Source: Diadema antillarum (taxonomy: Eukaryota). Taken from it: DNA of 64,000 bases. The notes below the pieces were generated by a model, which worked only from the letters and a program-made list of their open reading frames with translations, was not told where the DNA came from and searched no databases. Position numbers and translations under genes: made by a program. This document shows positions 21,729 to 33,700 of the stretch, in pieces. Numbering within the stretch: the first letter of the stretch is position 1; every line of letters starts with the position of its first letter. The stretch is from assembly GCF_040938485.1 (NCBI RefSeq), contig NW_027271791.1, positions 62,001-126,000 on the forward strand, in the 5' to 3' direction.

Positions 21729-24600
21729 GAGAATGATAATAACGATAGTAGTAGTATGAGTAGTATAAATGTTAGTATAGTATAAGTAGTAGTAGTAATA
21801 GTAGTAGTAGCAGCAGCAGCAGTAGTAGCAATAGTTGTAGTAGCGGAAGCAGCAGTAGTAGCAGTAGTATTAGTATCATCATCATCACCATCATAACCAT
21901 CATAATAATAATAATAATGATATGTGTACTGTTACCCATAAATTGGTCCATAAGGTGGCATTGGTATCTATGTTTTTTTAGAGATAATTGTGAGAAACAA
22001 ACTTTGTTTTTTGTTTCATGGCTTTACAGTTATTTTCATCCCACTTCATCATTTTGAGTCAGGATTGAAGTTATTGGTGTTGCATGTGTGCCTCACAGTG
22101 ATTTATCTCCTTTGATGATGCATGCATCAGTTACCAAATTTTCATCTTCTTCTCCTCCTGTTGTAGCAATGCACATCGTGTTTCTCGGCTCTGAAGAACA
22201 AACCTCCTTCATCAACTCAGCCGTAGCAATGTTTGTGATGTCACTGGGAGAATTTGGAGATGTGTATGAGAAGTTCGATAATACAAGATACCCACATATG
22301 GCTAAGGTAGGTGACAGAATCGTAGGAAATTCAGCATTTAAGTTGTATCTAGTGGTGAAAGCAGCTGTGAAGTGATATAGCCATGATGAATTAATCATTG
22401 AAGATCATATCAAAGTATTCTGCTGTTAGTTTAGACACATAATTGCAGGTAATAGGTGAGATAACAAGGGACTCATGATCCTTCAGAATGTAGCCTGCTA
22501 ACTTAATTGCTCAGGTTTTTGTGTTAATTTGTGTAAGCATGAACCTGCACAATGGCTGAATGTCACATTTGATTCTCAACATGTTCTCCTCTTGCAGTTT
22601 CTCTTCTTTGTCTACATGGTTCTTGTGACCTTGTTGCTCATCAACATGCTCATCGCCATGATGGGAAATACATTCAGCACCATCGCCAATGCGGACTATG
22701 AGTGGCAAAGACAGGTATGACCACAAAAAAACAACACAAGATCAGGGGCTCTTTCTTTCCTTACATGTGTATTTGTGTGTATGTACTGTGTGTGTCTATA
22801 TGTATGTATATTGATGAACTGTATGTCCTTATCACAGCATTTCTTGATAACCAAGTCTTATTCAAAGCTAAGAAAAGGCTAAAGCATGTTGGGGTCTAAA
22901 GGGGATACAAATGCTCCCACCTACCTTTTCGACAAGTACCATCCTTTCACATCATCATGATGTGTGTTCCAAGAGAGCACTTGTTCAACATCTTCATGAG
23001 AGCATCATTACCATTAGCCACATTTAAACTATAACTTTGATGGTGCCTCAGTGAATATGTTTCTGCTGTAAAGTAGCAGTGGTTGCTATGGTTACACAGA
23101 GTGGAGCAGGCCCTGATCGTTGTTGAATTAATGTTTTATCAAGTCTGTCTGTCTGTCACTCTGTCTTTCAGTGGGCCAAGGTACTGCTGGTCCTGGAACA
23201 GTCTCTGTCCCCAGAGATACGGCACAGCATGCAGATGATGTACTCCCAACCTGTGTGGGAGGGGCTGCCGGGCCGAGCCATGGTACAGCAAACAGAGCAT
23301 GAGGTAAACTCACTGTTCCATACATCCCTTTCTCCCTCAAGTGTCACAACCTCATTCCGCACAATCTGTGCTTTTATGAAAAGCAAAATCTACAACATAT
23401 CCATGTATAGCATGTCTTTGTTCCTGAACAAGGAAGAACTACTCTGAAAAGAGAAAAGAGAATTATGAACTTCCCTTCACATTGCGACATTTCTTTGTTC
23501 AAGAATATAAAACTACTTTGGAGGTAGAAATTTAGTAGATCATTTGTTTTCTTTTACTATCCTGATGACAGATCCGTTTCTACAATTCCGAGGACGAGAT
23601 TTCTTTTGTTCACAAATAAAAATTTGAAGTATTTTCATTGTATTTTCACAATAGCTTTGTAGTCGAGCAGGCATTACATAAAAATGTTCACAGTGACAAA
23701 TATTTGATGTTTACAGTAGTAATGTTTTACTTTCCTTTTGTCTTCAGACTGAGCAGCTTTGGTAATACATATTGTCTTTAAAGGGATCGTATAGTTTTGG
23801 TTGAGACCTAATTTCAGGTTTTCTAACATTTTTTGGTGAGATAATGAGAAACCTCTCGTGAAAAATGAAAGAGCATGTAATTCCATGAGGAATTCAACGT
23901 TTATTTGATGAAAATTGGTTTTGAAATGGCTGAGATATCCAAAACAGAGCGATTCTAATAAAGTGTGGAATCCACCTTTTATTACAATTGCTTTGTTTTA
24001 CTTTGTTTTTGGATGTTTCAGCCATTCCAAACCCGATTTTCATCAAATAAACTTTGAATTCCTCTTAAAATGGTATGCTCTATACTATTTCATAAGTGTT
24101 TTCTTGGTATCTCACAAAAAGTTAAAAGCCCAATTCTCATCTCCACCAATACTGTACCATCCCTTTAAGCTTTTACACTGATGCTTTTTTTATCCTTGAT
24201 TGATCCTACTTTAAGTTTACATCTGCTGGGGGTGTCCCATGTCCCAGGGTAGGCAGCAACGGGGATAGAACGTCTAACACCCGCTCTCCATGCAAATCTG
24301 TTATAGAGTCAGTGCGGGTAGGGTTGTGATGAGATGAAATAAATATCATTTTGATGATCTTCTTTTTGCCTATTGCTGTCTCTTGCACAGACGCACGATG
24401 ACAGGGAAATCCAGAAGTCCCGTCAGCGGAACAACCGAAACTCCAAGATGAAGTTCATTGATGGCCAGTGGGTACCTCCACCTGACATGGACCTACCACG
24501 TTGTAGCACAGTGTCTGCAGCCCAAGCCACCGATCATGGTCTCACCATCGCTGTGCCCGAGACCAAGATTACTCCGCCGACAGACGGAGAGTGCGTGTAG
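3539..24600 (+). CDS. nan: TRPV cation channel, Nanchung/OCR clade (often auto-annotated TRPV5/6-like), 784 aa, 15 coding exons
   Basis: Exons (all GT-AG, phases consistent, 2355 nt total): 3539-3736, 11298-11451, 13580-13750, 14304-14493, 14996-15149, 16207-16458, 17372-17530, 18085-18192, 18769-18873, 19645-19799, 21426-21535, 22167-22306, 22598-22714, 23172-23303, 24391-24600. Motifs: [14 protein letters not shown] (Nan-type N-terminus), [19 protein letters not shown], ankyrin repeats ([43 protein letters not shown]), S1-S6, [12 protein letters not shown], pore [24 protein letters not shown] box EWQRQWAK. Confidence 0.93.
3801..4365. mobile_element. Kolobok-like MITE (TTAA-AGG termini)
   Basis: TTAA on both sides. 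About 30-bp terminal inverted repeat AGGACAAGTTCACCTTCATAAACATAAG / CTTATGTTTATGAAGGTGAACTTGTCCT. Interior loosely palindromic. Confidence 0.8.
7919..8102. repeat. 40-bp C-rich/G-rich inverted repeat around a ~105-bp spacer (small MITE-like element)
   Basis: GGTGTCTTAGCCGACCCCCCCCCTCCTCTCCCCCACCCC (7919-7958) is mirrored by GGGGTGGGGGAGAGGGGAGGGGGGGTCGGCTAAGACACC (about 8064-8102). Confidence 0.75.
8907..9110. mobile_element. TACTGTAAAA-family MITE, old CpG-decayed copy
   Basis: Termini TAGTGTAAAAGTGG / CCACTTTTACAG. Alignable by eye along its length to the copy at 33305-33517. Confidence 0.75.
9150..9179. repeat. (CA)n microsatellite
   Basis: Pure CA run read directly. Confidence 0.95.
10557..10608. 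repeat. (TA)n microsatellite
   Basis: Pure TA run read directly. Confidence 0.95.
11663..12805 (+). mobile_element. HINE / Tsp-like Helentron-associated element
   Basis: 5' T-run, subTIR TATGCCTCCGCC (11667-11678) with a nearby partner CGGAGGCAT, (GTCC)n microsatellite, and internal degenerate repeats rich in GGTCAAAGGTCA. 3' subTIR GGCGGAGGCATA (12767-12778), hairpin GTCGC-CATA-GCGAC, end ATTTCTAGTT. Confidence 0.8.
13320..13540. mobile_element. Degenerate right half of the Kolobok-like MITE family of 3801-4365
   Basis: Shares CTGTAGTAGTCTTCTCATCCAGC, AAACTTTCACTGATGTGTTCT.CTAATAT and TCAAT...ATGAAGGT with the right arm of 3801-4365. Confidence 0.65.
17672..17747 (-). mobile_element. 3' tail fragment of an L2-clade LINE or L2-partnered SINE
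   Basis: Minus strand reads TGTAAAGCACCTTGAGCAT...GGCGCTATAGAAAT...(TAT)n, resembling L2-type 3' ends as I recall them. Confidence 0.5.
18512..18595 (-). pseudogene. tRNA-derived relic (SINE head or tRNA pseudogene)
   Basis: Minus strand has A-box-like CCTGGTGGTAGTG, stem-loop CTGC-CCGGAAA-GCAG, B-box GGTTCGAGTCCC, then a TTTTTT run. No intact acceptor stem; position 33 is C rather than U. Confidence 0.5.
19818..21021. mobile_element. Palindromic TTAA-AG MITE (about 250 bp) interrupted by a HINE insertion
   Basis: Left arm TTATTCTGATAAGAAGGAATAAAATTTTACAAGTACAACAGTGAAAA is the imperfect reverse complement of the right arm TTCTCATTGTTGTTCTAAGAAAATTTTATTCCTTCTTTTCAGACTAA. The left end starts TTAAAG; the right end is degenerate. 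Confidence 0.65.
19971..20920 (+). mobile_element. HINE element with an internal array of ~158-bp tandem repeats
   Basis: subTIRs TGTCCCCGCCG (19975-19985) / CGGCGGGGACA (20880-20890). (GTCC/GTGC)n microsatellite. AAATGCTACT recurs at 20241, 20399, 20557, 20710 and 20868. 3' hairpin ATTACGC-ACC-GCGTAAT and end TTCTACTTT. Confidence 0.85.
21686..21920. repeat. Compound trinucleotide microsatellite (ATG/AGT/AGC/ATC/ATA)
   Basis: Read directly. Confidence 0.9.
23778..24168. mobile_element. Kolobok-like MITE (TTAA-AGGG termini)
   Basis: TTAA AGGGATCGTATAGTTTTGGTTGAGA ... TCTCCACCAATACTGTACCATCCCT TTAA. Confidence 0.75.
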
Positions 24601-25024
24601 CATTAACATAAATTTTATGAATCTGAACTATGTAGAATTTATGCTAAGGGCATCTAATATGTCTCATTCTTGAATTAGCATATGAGACGACAGTCAAATA
24701 TAACTAAGTTTGTTTGTTTGTATATTCAGAATGTCAGCACATGTTATGGGTGTCGTAACAATTTGGAAAGCATGTGTACATTACCCCAGCTTGGTAACCT
24801 AGCTATCTTGGCACTTGTGTCATTTGTCTCTGGAGTAGATTTTGATGAATTATTCACGAGGGGTATGGCAGTAAAGCATAAATATGAATCAATATGAAGT
24901 CTGCATTTTTCACTCTAGATGGCGTGATGTATGCTGTAAGTTGTTGTAGTCTCTTGCATGGCAGTTTTGCTTCTGTTCACTTACAACTTTCTGGTCACTG
25001 GAAAAGCAAACAAAACAGCATTCT

Positions 25025-25389
25025 CAGGGTGGTCCACAAGGGGTTTGATGAGCATGTTGCTGCAACATGCTCAAATTCTTGTGCAACATTCTCAAAAGCC
25101 AGCAACATGCTATGCAACATCCTTGAAAATTAGCAACATGCTCAAAATAAATGTATTCAAACATGTGAAAAACATGTGCAAAACTTGAGAACCATTAACT
25201 ACCAAAAAAATTTGTGCACAAATCACGAGACAGACCATCAAACATTAGCAGCGCAAGAAAAAATTAAGTTGCAAAATACTGCATGCTACATGCTCGTAAT
25301 GTGCACTCCAGGCACGTGCAATTTTCACTGTATTCTCGCATTCAGAGCTTGCAACATACTCCAATTTCAAGATTTTGTGGACCATCCTG
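25025..25389. mobile_element. MITE with CAGG termini, probably within the TRPV 3' UTR
   Basis: TIR CAGGGTGGTCCACAA / TTGTGGACCATCCTG flanked by a direct repeat ATTCT. Internal repeated GCAACATGC motifs. Confidence 0.7.
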
Positions 25390-27810
25390 ATTCTAGTGGT
25401 GTGTTGTTCTGTAGATATTATGTGATAACATTCTACAACATGTTTGTTGTGTTTGTAATTAGTTGTATGTTGTTATTCTGCAAACTTCAGAGTGTGTCCC
25501 CGCACCATCTATTCACGTGGTGCAGCATTACAGAGGTTTTGGACTCCACTGGACAAGAAGCTTTCTGTGTGAGAGACTAATGTTCATAGGATGTACATTT
25601 TTCATTCACAGCAATGAACAAATTTTTATACAGAACACCGACTTGCATGAATAATGGAAAGTGTGTTGTAGAAGTAGTTTACATGACAAAATGTGCTGAA
25701 GTGGCTGTATTCAAGAAAGAAGTATTCTGAATTTAAAAAGTACTTTGTACAATACTTGTTTAGTACTTACATTTGTGTGAACAATAGCTCTGTGTGATAG
25801 GATGTCATAGACTGTGCAATATGGCAATACATGGTATGCAAATATTATTGTAGGCCTACTATACTATTCCATGAAGCTGTATATAAATGTACATTTAACT
25901 TTTCAAATGACTTTCTCTATTATGAATCTGCAAGATCTCAGGTTTTGTTGAAATAATTTAAAACTGTCTTTCATTTGCTAATGCTTTCATTCCACTTTGC
26001 TTTAAGCATTATTTATTGTTCCATGTTCACGCAAGTGAATGTAAATTATGCATAGGTTGTAGCCAACATTATTCCCGAAGAGAAGAAATGTTTTCAGTAC
26101 TAGTGCTCATCAGACCCTTTCATTCTCTTATTCTCATCGTAAACTTCACATATTGCATACAAATCCCCTGAGATTAATTCACAGTTAAACTCTGCAGCTT
26201 GCTAGGCATTGGAATTACCACTCTGCCTGTTAATAATGGTTTGTGCTATTATTAGCTGTTTCAACGAGCATCACATGAACAGTTTTTCTTGTCCGTGTAT
26301 AAATTAAACTGGCACCTAACTCTTGTATAATAAGAATAATGCACCAGACATGGAATTTTCGGAAATCAGTTTCGGACATACAAGCTGATTTCCAACTCAT
26401 CAAACACAAAAAATGGTTTCATCTAAAAGTGATGGCATATCTATGATAAATCATATCTCTAGTTTATCTTAGAGCAGTGCACTTTCTGTTTTTAAGGTGA
26501 AGTGTATTGAAGAGAAAGACAATTTGATTAACAGAAGTGGTACTTAGAATGCAGATCAATAAAGATCTGAGCAAAATTTCACCACACCAGTTATGCCAGG
26601 AAACCATCTCTGCACACGGGTCACAATGAACAAAGTGAGTTAAACATCATGGCCAAAGATGTGAACCACTGTGGGGGGTTAAAAAACTGGATTTCTTTTT
26701 TGGTGTGTGAATGTAGAGCCTTATCTACTTTCCAGCATGCCCCCTAATGCAGTGTGGAGGAGGAATTAAAGAACTAAAGTGAAACTTATTTACTCACAAT
26801 AGGTCTAATGATTTACATGCACCAGTTTATAGTAAACTATATCCTTGTCAAATTGTAATCAAAGGAAGTCTTTGCACTTGATAGAGTTCATATACAATTG
26901 GAATACTTCTCAAGACAGTCATAATAATTATTTTTTGTGTGATACAAGGCTGAACTTTGGGTATAAAGTCTAAAGATATTACATGCACTTGAAAAAGAAA
27001 AGAAGAAATAACTTGATTCCCTTTGTCTTTCTTTACCACAAATAATTTAATGAATCAGAATATCTTGAAATATCACAACTAGAATGCTGATATGTAGCTC
27101 TTTCAAAGGTGTATGAATTTAGTTGTGTTCCTCTACTGTATATAATATATGAAGGCTGATAGATGTACAATGTGTAGGCTTTCTTTTTATAGTTTTTGCA
27201 GTAAATACTTGATGAAAAGGACTATGCTTGGATGCAAAAGATAAGTTAGCTTGATATAAGGATGCTCTCATGTCAATGTGATGCCACTATTGTAAAAATA
27301 TTGTTTCAAAAAAGAAATAGTGAAATATGATTGATAGCATGATGGAATTACAATACACATCCAATGGTACAGACGTACCACAAGATCTCTTGATTTCTTG
27401 TAAATTGCTTTCAAATTCATATACAGTAAATGCAAGGGCAGTTATCTCCAACCAATAAAACATGAGTATGCATTATTCTGAAATATGCATTTTCTGATAC
27501 AGGTTCATTCATACATTCTGATATGAAAACCAGCATTAACTGACACCTAAAAAAGGTTTGACGGCATATTGCAGAAGGGGTAAGCAAAGGAGAGTGAGTC
27601 TGTCGAGAAGGACATAATATCTTCAGTCTGGATGAAGTGTTTTTGTTGTTTGGATGTTTCTGTGACTGAACATGGAGGAAATATAATATATGAACACAAT
27701 GAAGGCAAGTCACTGACTGGCCTTGGTTTCCAGTGTGTGTCTGTGTTTGCTTGTGTATGTACATGTGCTTCAAAGAGAATATGGAATTACTTGACCAGCA
27801 TTGTGATATA

Positions 27811-27980
27811 TGACTCCCATTTTAACGAACACGGTTATAACGAAATTCCGGATACAACGAAGTGAAAATTCAGGCCACAACATTATCCACTCCATGTATT
27901 TTTATTGTTAATTTGTTCGGTTATAACGAAAGAAAACTGCCGTTCCCGAGGACTTCGTTATAGCCGGAGTCTATGGCTGT
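27811..27980. mobile_element. Tc1/mariner(pogo)-type MITE relic with repeated TTATAACGAA motifs
   Basis: Imperfect TIR GACTCCCATTTTAACGAA / TTCGTTATAGCCGGAGTC. Several ATAACGAA-like internal repeats. Confidence 0.55.
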
Positions 27981-28135
27981 TCAGAAATTAGCACTACAAA
28001 TGATGCCTATGTGCTTGAAAATGTCAGTCTGTGGACGTATCCCTCTTACACATGGCAGTTGAAATGTAAAATTTGATGCACAGTTGCCAAGCAACACAAG
28101 TTCTGTTTGTTTTGTTTTGTTGTTGTTTTTTGGGG

Positions 28136-28138
<3 letters not shown>

Positions 28139-28168
<30 letters not shown>
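28139..28168. repeat. (TG)n microsatellite
   Basis: Read directly. Confidence 0.95.
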
Positions 28169-28170
<2 letters not shown>

Positions 28171-28239
28171 GTTTTTTTTATGGATATCTGCAATTGCAGA
28201 ATAGAAAGAAGTAACAAGTAACACAAACAGCAGGGTATA

Positions 28240-28429
28240 TACTGTAAAACAAGGAATGTTCGCATGCATTTCAATTTCGTGAATTTCGAGAGCCAAAATT
28301 CGCGAAATTAAAATGCATGCGAAAGTTCTTGTCTACACTATATGCATTAAATGTAAGAGGCAACTGGCGGAAAATTTCGGCTCCAATTCGCGAAAATTTC
28401 ATGCCGCGAAAATATCATGTTTTACAGTA
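28240..28429. mobile_element. TACTGTAAAA-family MITE
   Basis: TACTGTAAAAC ... GTTTTACAGTA termini with internal TTCGCGAA palindromes. Confidence 0.75.
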
Positions 28430-28768
28430 TGTATTTCAAGAATGCTTTTGAAGCCAGCAATAGCCCTGGTACCTGGCAACCCTACAATTTCAAATTTTGC
28501 ATATTGATATTAAGTCATGATGTTACCCTAGAAACTTATGCTGCACATTTTGTTCCATGTACACACATTCCCCTAATTTTCTTGCTAAACTGTCCATTAC
28601 CTTGGTTTTTTTTTAATGTAAATTTAAATTGAGCACACCACTCAGATTCACTGCAGGAGTAACAACCAAATGTTTCCTCCATGGTTTCTCATGACCAACA
28701 ACTAAGATGTACAAATAGGTTGCCAATGACACTGAAAGGGTTAAGTAGCTTTCTTTCTGTGTCTCCTA

Positions 28769-29187
28769 GGGTGCGTTTGAGCGCTCTAAAGTGAACCAAA
28801 GCGAACTGAACTAAAGCGTTCCGTACCATACCATGCCAGATTTGGAGCGTTCGAGCGCTCTGTCGAGAAAGCGTACCTCACAAGTTATTTTTAGAAAAGG
28901 TCACACATTTTTGTAGCAAGAATGTCATGCACCTGGTACCTGAACTACTTACAGCTGTCCCGAACAAAGAGAATGATGTCTTTGCATTGTGACGTACGCG
29001 CATGATACGCGCATGCTTTACAGCGAACTTCTGGTACGCTTTTGGTACGCTTTTGAAGCACATCGGGAAGTGGTCCACTTTTGGCTCGGTACAGTATGGT
29101 ATGGTACACTTTAGGAGCGTTCGAGCGCTCCTCTGGCGCGGGTACTTTACGGTACAGTTCGCTTTAGGAGAGCACTCGAACGCACCC
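28769..29187. mobile_element. PIF/Harbinger-like MITE
   Basis: TIR GGGTGCGTTTGAGCGCTCT / AGAGCACTCGAACGCACCC. Flanks CTA/TTA resemble a TWA target. Subterminal repeats GGAGCGTTCGAGCGCTC occur in both halves. Confidence 0.7.
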
Positions 29188-30025
29188 TTAGTCACAGGCC
29201 AATTTGCTAGCACCACATCCAAGTCCTTTGTTTGTGTAATACTCAATTTTAAGAGAGTAAGGACAACAAGTTTAATCATTTGTACAAAATGGACTTTATT
29301 TACAACACTGATGATTGTTTCCACTACCATCTGCAGATTGGACATCTCACCAACAAAGAGCCCCTCACAATATACAAAATACTGGCAGATAAATTGTGGC
29401 TTTATCTACTGAATGCTTGTCAACTGTGGTTTGCATACCACAATGTCAATTGAATGACATCAATACAGTGGGTAAGGGACGAAGTAGGCCCTACCTGCTG
29501 TAAAGAACTGGAATATGCCTAGAAATCAAAACAAACTTGCTAGGGTTCACAGAAATCTTCTGCATGCAGGTAGTTTTGGATAAAATTTAAGCAACCCTTT
29601 CTTTTCTGTTTTGTGTAGCCTTTACTGAAAAACAAACAAACAAACAAAAACAGAACAGAACAAAAGGAAAATGTTAATGATAGGTATTCCAAGAGAAGAA
29701 AATGTACTCCATATGTAAAACCTGCTTTGTCTGAACACTAGAAAAGACAGACAAGTGAACTACTGGGGACAAATTGATGAATATTAAGTTATGACCATAT
29801 ATATGTTAGTAAATTGCCTTATATGGATTAAATGGGTACCTCAATAAGACATTAACTTGGTCAGTAATTGACATCACTTTGTAAGTGAAATGCTACTAAT
29901 TCACACATTTTCTCCGTAGACATACACTGTACTTTATTCATAAGTCTGCTTGACTATTACATTTGGGGCATGATGTTATTTCACAATAAAAAGAAAAGAA
30001 TTATGAAACTGTTTTATAAAGAGAT

Positions 30026-30174
30026 CAGGGGCCCCTTGCATAAAAGTTACTAGTATATTATATTAACTTCCATGGAACTCTTGATTTTGATTGGCTGTTG
30101 AGTATTGTTGCCATGGTAGTTACCATTGAATGGCAAAGTTACCATAATAGTAACTTTTATGCAACGGGCACCTG
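30026..30174. mobile_element. Short MITE with CAGG termini
   Basis: CAGGGGCCCCTTGCATAAAAGTTACTA ... TAGTAACTTTTATGCAACGGGCACCTG, with AT on both flanks. Confidence 0.75.
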
Positions 30175-30727
30175 ATCAGGTAATTCAACAATGTTGCAAT
30201 TGTTTCAAATACCATTCACAAAATAATGAGATGAGAGTAACGACTACCGGTACCTTTGGGGTCAGGCTGGCTATCAGCCTTGAGATTTCAACTTGAAGAT
30301 TATATTCATGGAGCTGACATGAACATAAAATGATGTCCTCGATGGAATTTTAGCCAAACAAACTAAACAGCTCTTTGTTATGGCAACCACGGAACAAGGA
30401 TAATTCCGGAGTACGGCTCAGCCGCAGTGACTGGTGGACAAACAGATTCCCCGTTGAGACCGACGGATGTGTGTCCAGCTTTGGCGATAAAAACCCAATG
30501 TCAAGGTGTGTGTGTAAGGATCGAGAAGACTCCTCTTAGATACTTGTTCAAGGGCTGCCTCCAGCTGGTGAAGCAAAATGTGGGTGGGGATGGATGGATC
30601 CGTGACACCCTCCGCTACACTCTGGTGAGAACATTTTACTCAAATTTGTGTTCCTTGTAGCTCTTATCGTAGCTCGTATCATATCAGCAAACACTATCCA
30701 AGAAAGTTTCTATCCAGCAACTGTACG

Positions 30728-33700
30728 CTATGAATCAGTCGGCAGTCCAAAGAGTTTGATGCTGCCGGCATCCCTGGATCTGTCGTACTTGTCCTTGTCA
30801 TCACATGCAAATGCAAGGAGATATCTCTTTGGGTGCCAGGCCACAGTGAATGTTGGTGACTCACAGTTGACTTCAGTTATCTTTTCACCTTTGATAAACA
30901 CACATGATTTTAAATACTTTACATTAGTTTTCTGCTAAAATTAAGTGAAAAAACAAAACAAAGTCACACAAATTCAGGGAAAAGTCAAAAGTGGACTTAA
31001 ACCTAGAGAATGACAGATCTGACACTTCTATACTCGGATGTACTTTCAGAGAAGTGTTGCATTTATGGTATAAACTAAGGGACAGATTGGCTGCACTTTG
31101 CCTTAGTGGGCAGCATATAAGCAAGCAACGGGAGGAAAAAAAAAAAAAACTTCTTTCACAGTTAGCTGGCTACAGCAGCACCCGCCTCCACACAATGCGT
31201 TTGTAAATTGCTTCATTACTGGCATGCTGCCATCTATGGTGAGGGTTTGTCAGTCTTGAAGAGATCTTTGATGCCTCTACACGGCAAGCACACAACTACA
31301 TGTGAAAGAAAGCCCAGCATTTTGTAGATGGGGACCACACGCAGTCAACTCTTTTTCAACGTTTTAAGTCGTATATATTGAATTTTATGAAAGTCTAAAC
31401 ATTTTGTCGGACCAAAATGTGGAGAACGTGTGTCAATTACATCATATACATGTATGTGAGTGGAATTTTGCCTATGCTAAAGCTTATTTTCTGGTCCAAA
31501 TAAATTTAGATTTTAATCAGGTAGAGTTGCCTGTCAAAATCTTCCCATGAGCAGTTACAATTGTATTGCTTGTCTTTTCTTTCTTGTTCGCTAGGTTGCA
31601 CAATCTTTCCTTGGCATACTGTAAAAGCTGTTATTTTTGCAAGGGCTTAATTTGTGCAAATTTTGCAAAATTTAACAACACACTAAAACATTGCCACACA
31701 CAGGGTATAAGTGCACTTACTACATAGTCTCGGCGTCAAATTGCAAAAACAGCATCTTGCAAAAACGTCGGTGACCTCTTCATTCAAGAAAATATCTGTA
31801 CGCGAAATAGCTTTTACCATATTCAGACATCTTAGTTTGGAAAAGAGCAGAGCAAGCAAATTTATATTTACTATGTGAAACAAAAGTCAAAAATTTAAAA
31901 CATCCATGACTTCAAGTAATGCAATTAAACATACCTTACCAACAAAATTGTACAGTACACAAAGTATTGCATTGTCTTACCACAATTGTCACTCCTGGAG
32001 ATGCTAATTTCAGCATGATGAAACTTACAGATGAGAGAACCCCTGAGTGATGAAATATACAAGCCAATTGTACAAATACGATGTACATGTACATGAACTC
32101 AAATCTCACCTGTTTCTACATGAGCAATGTCGATTATGAGGTCCTCAGAGGCAGAAGCCAGTAACTGGCCGTCGTGACTGAAACTCAGGGCTCGAACCGG
32201 CCAGTCGAGTCTGGAAGGACACAACGTATCCAAACAATTTACCCAGTATCATGGTGGCATGTGTTAAGATACAGACTGACAGACTTGTTTCCAAATTTTA
32301 CATGTAGGTTTCATCTTTATCAAAGAACATCTTTTGACTCGTTTCAATTTGGTCACATGGTCCCAAAAGATAGAGGCAGATCAATTCTTTCCTCATCAAA
32401 TAATGCAATACATACATACATACATACATACATACATACAGAATTGTGGTGTCTTTGAAATGGTTTCTAGCTTTGCTTTTAACACAGTACGGCAAACATG
32501 AAATGTTTTGGGATGTAGAAATTTTCTTGAATTTCACCCTGTACTAAAACAGCACAAAAATTACACACAAACACTTTTGGGAGATCAAGACACCCTTTTC
32601 TATCACAGCATAAAACAAGTGAAGCTTACTAAAATTGAGTCAGTGTGAAGGAGTTTTGATTTTTTTTACAAAATACTGGATGTCTTTTTGAAGGCTGTGT
32701 ATTTCTTAGCTTGGCAAGTTGTGCAAAACATATAAATGAGGAGCAAAGAGCAAAAATACACTCTTTCCTACCTTGAAAATGTTCTGACACAGACAAGCTC
32801 AGGAACATCCCACAAACTGACCAGGGCATCTGCACTCCCCGTTGCAAAGTACTTGCCGGTCGGGTCAAACTCGATACAGATACAGTTGGCCGGGTGGGCA
32901 TTGAGTTCTTGCAGTTGCTTCAACTCTGGATAGCTGTGGAAGGGAGAGTTGAGAAAGCAAAGAAAGCAATGATATTCTGCCTGGAAGTTTACACACAGAC
33001 TTCTGGATGTTTTCAACATTTTAGACATGTCTTTGTCATCTCAATGTAGTACAATGCCCTTTGCATTCATGACAAATATTAAGTGAGTGAAGTTTTACTG
33101 AAAAAAAAAAATGAAAATACAAAGTGATTCATATTCATCATTTGATTTTTCTAGAAAGAAAATGCACTTTCCTTGACCTTTGACAGGAATGGAGTCGACC
33201 TGTTTACAAGTGTTCCATACTCTTTGGAGTTACATAACAAAAACTTCAGTTCTGCTTCTAAGATACCTTCAAGTCAGTCCACTCGTCATGTAACATGTGC
33301 ATATTACTGTAAAAGTGGATATTTTCGTGTGACTAATTTTTCGCGCTTGGCCGGGTCGGAAGAGTTTCGCGTGTTTTTAATTCCGCGGAATCAAGACATC
33401 ACGCACAGGCACATATGGCAAGCAAAAATATTCGCGTGCTTTTATTTTCGCGCTAGTTTCTGGTTGCGCGAAATGCGCGAAAATTTGAACACTGCAAAAA
33501 TTTCCACTTTTACAGTATTTGCCTTTGGTCATTTTTGTTAAATGCTAAAGTCATACCCTATATTGCCTCAATTTATTTTCTGTCACTACTTCACTATGTG
33601 TTTTATGGACATACAATACAGGATCGATTGTTTTAAAGCTTTTGATCTTGCTATGATGTGAAGAGTCAAAACACTAGTAATGTCTGCAGGGATGTCAACC

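Noticed and set aside
28878-29412. Overlapping 155-aa and 136-aa ORFs
   Set aside because: They coincide with a non-coding Harbinger-like MITE and show no transposase motifs.
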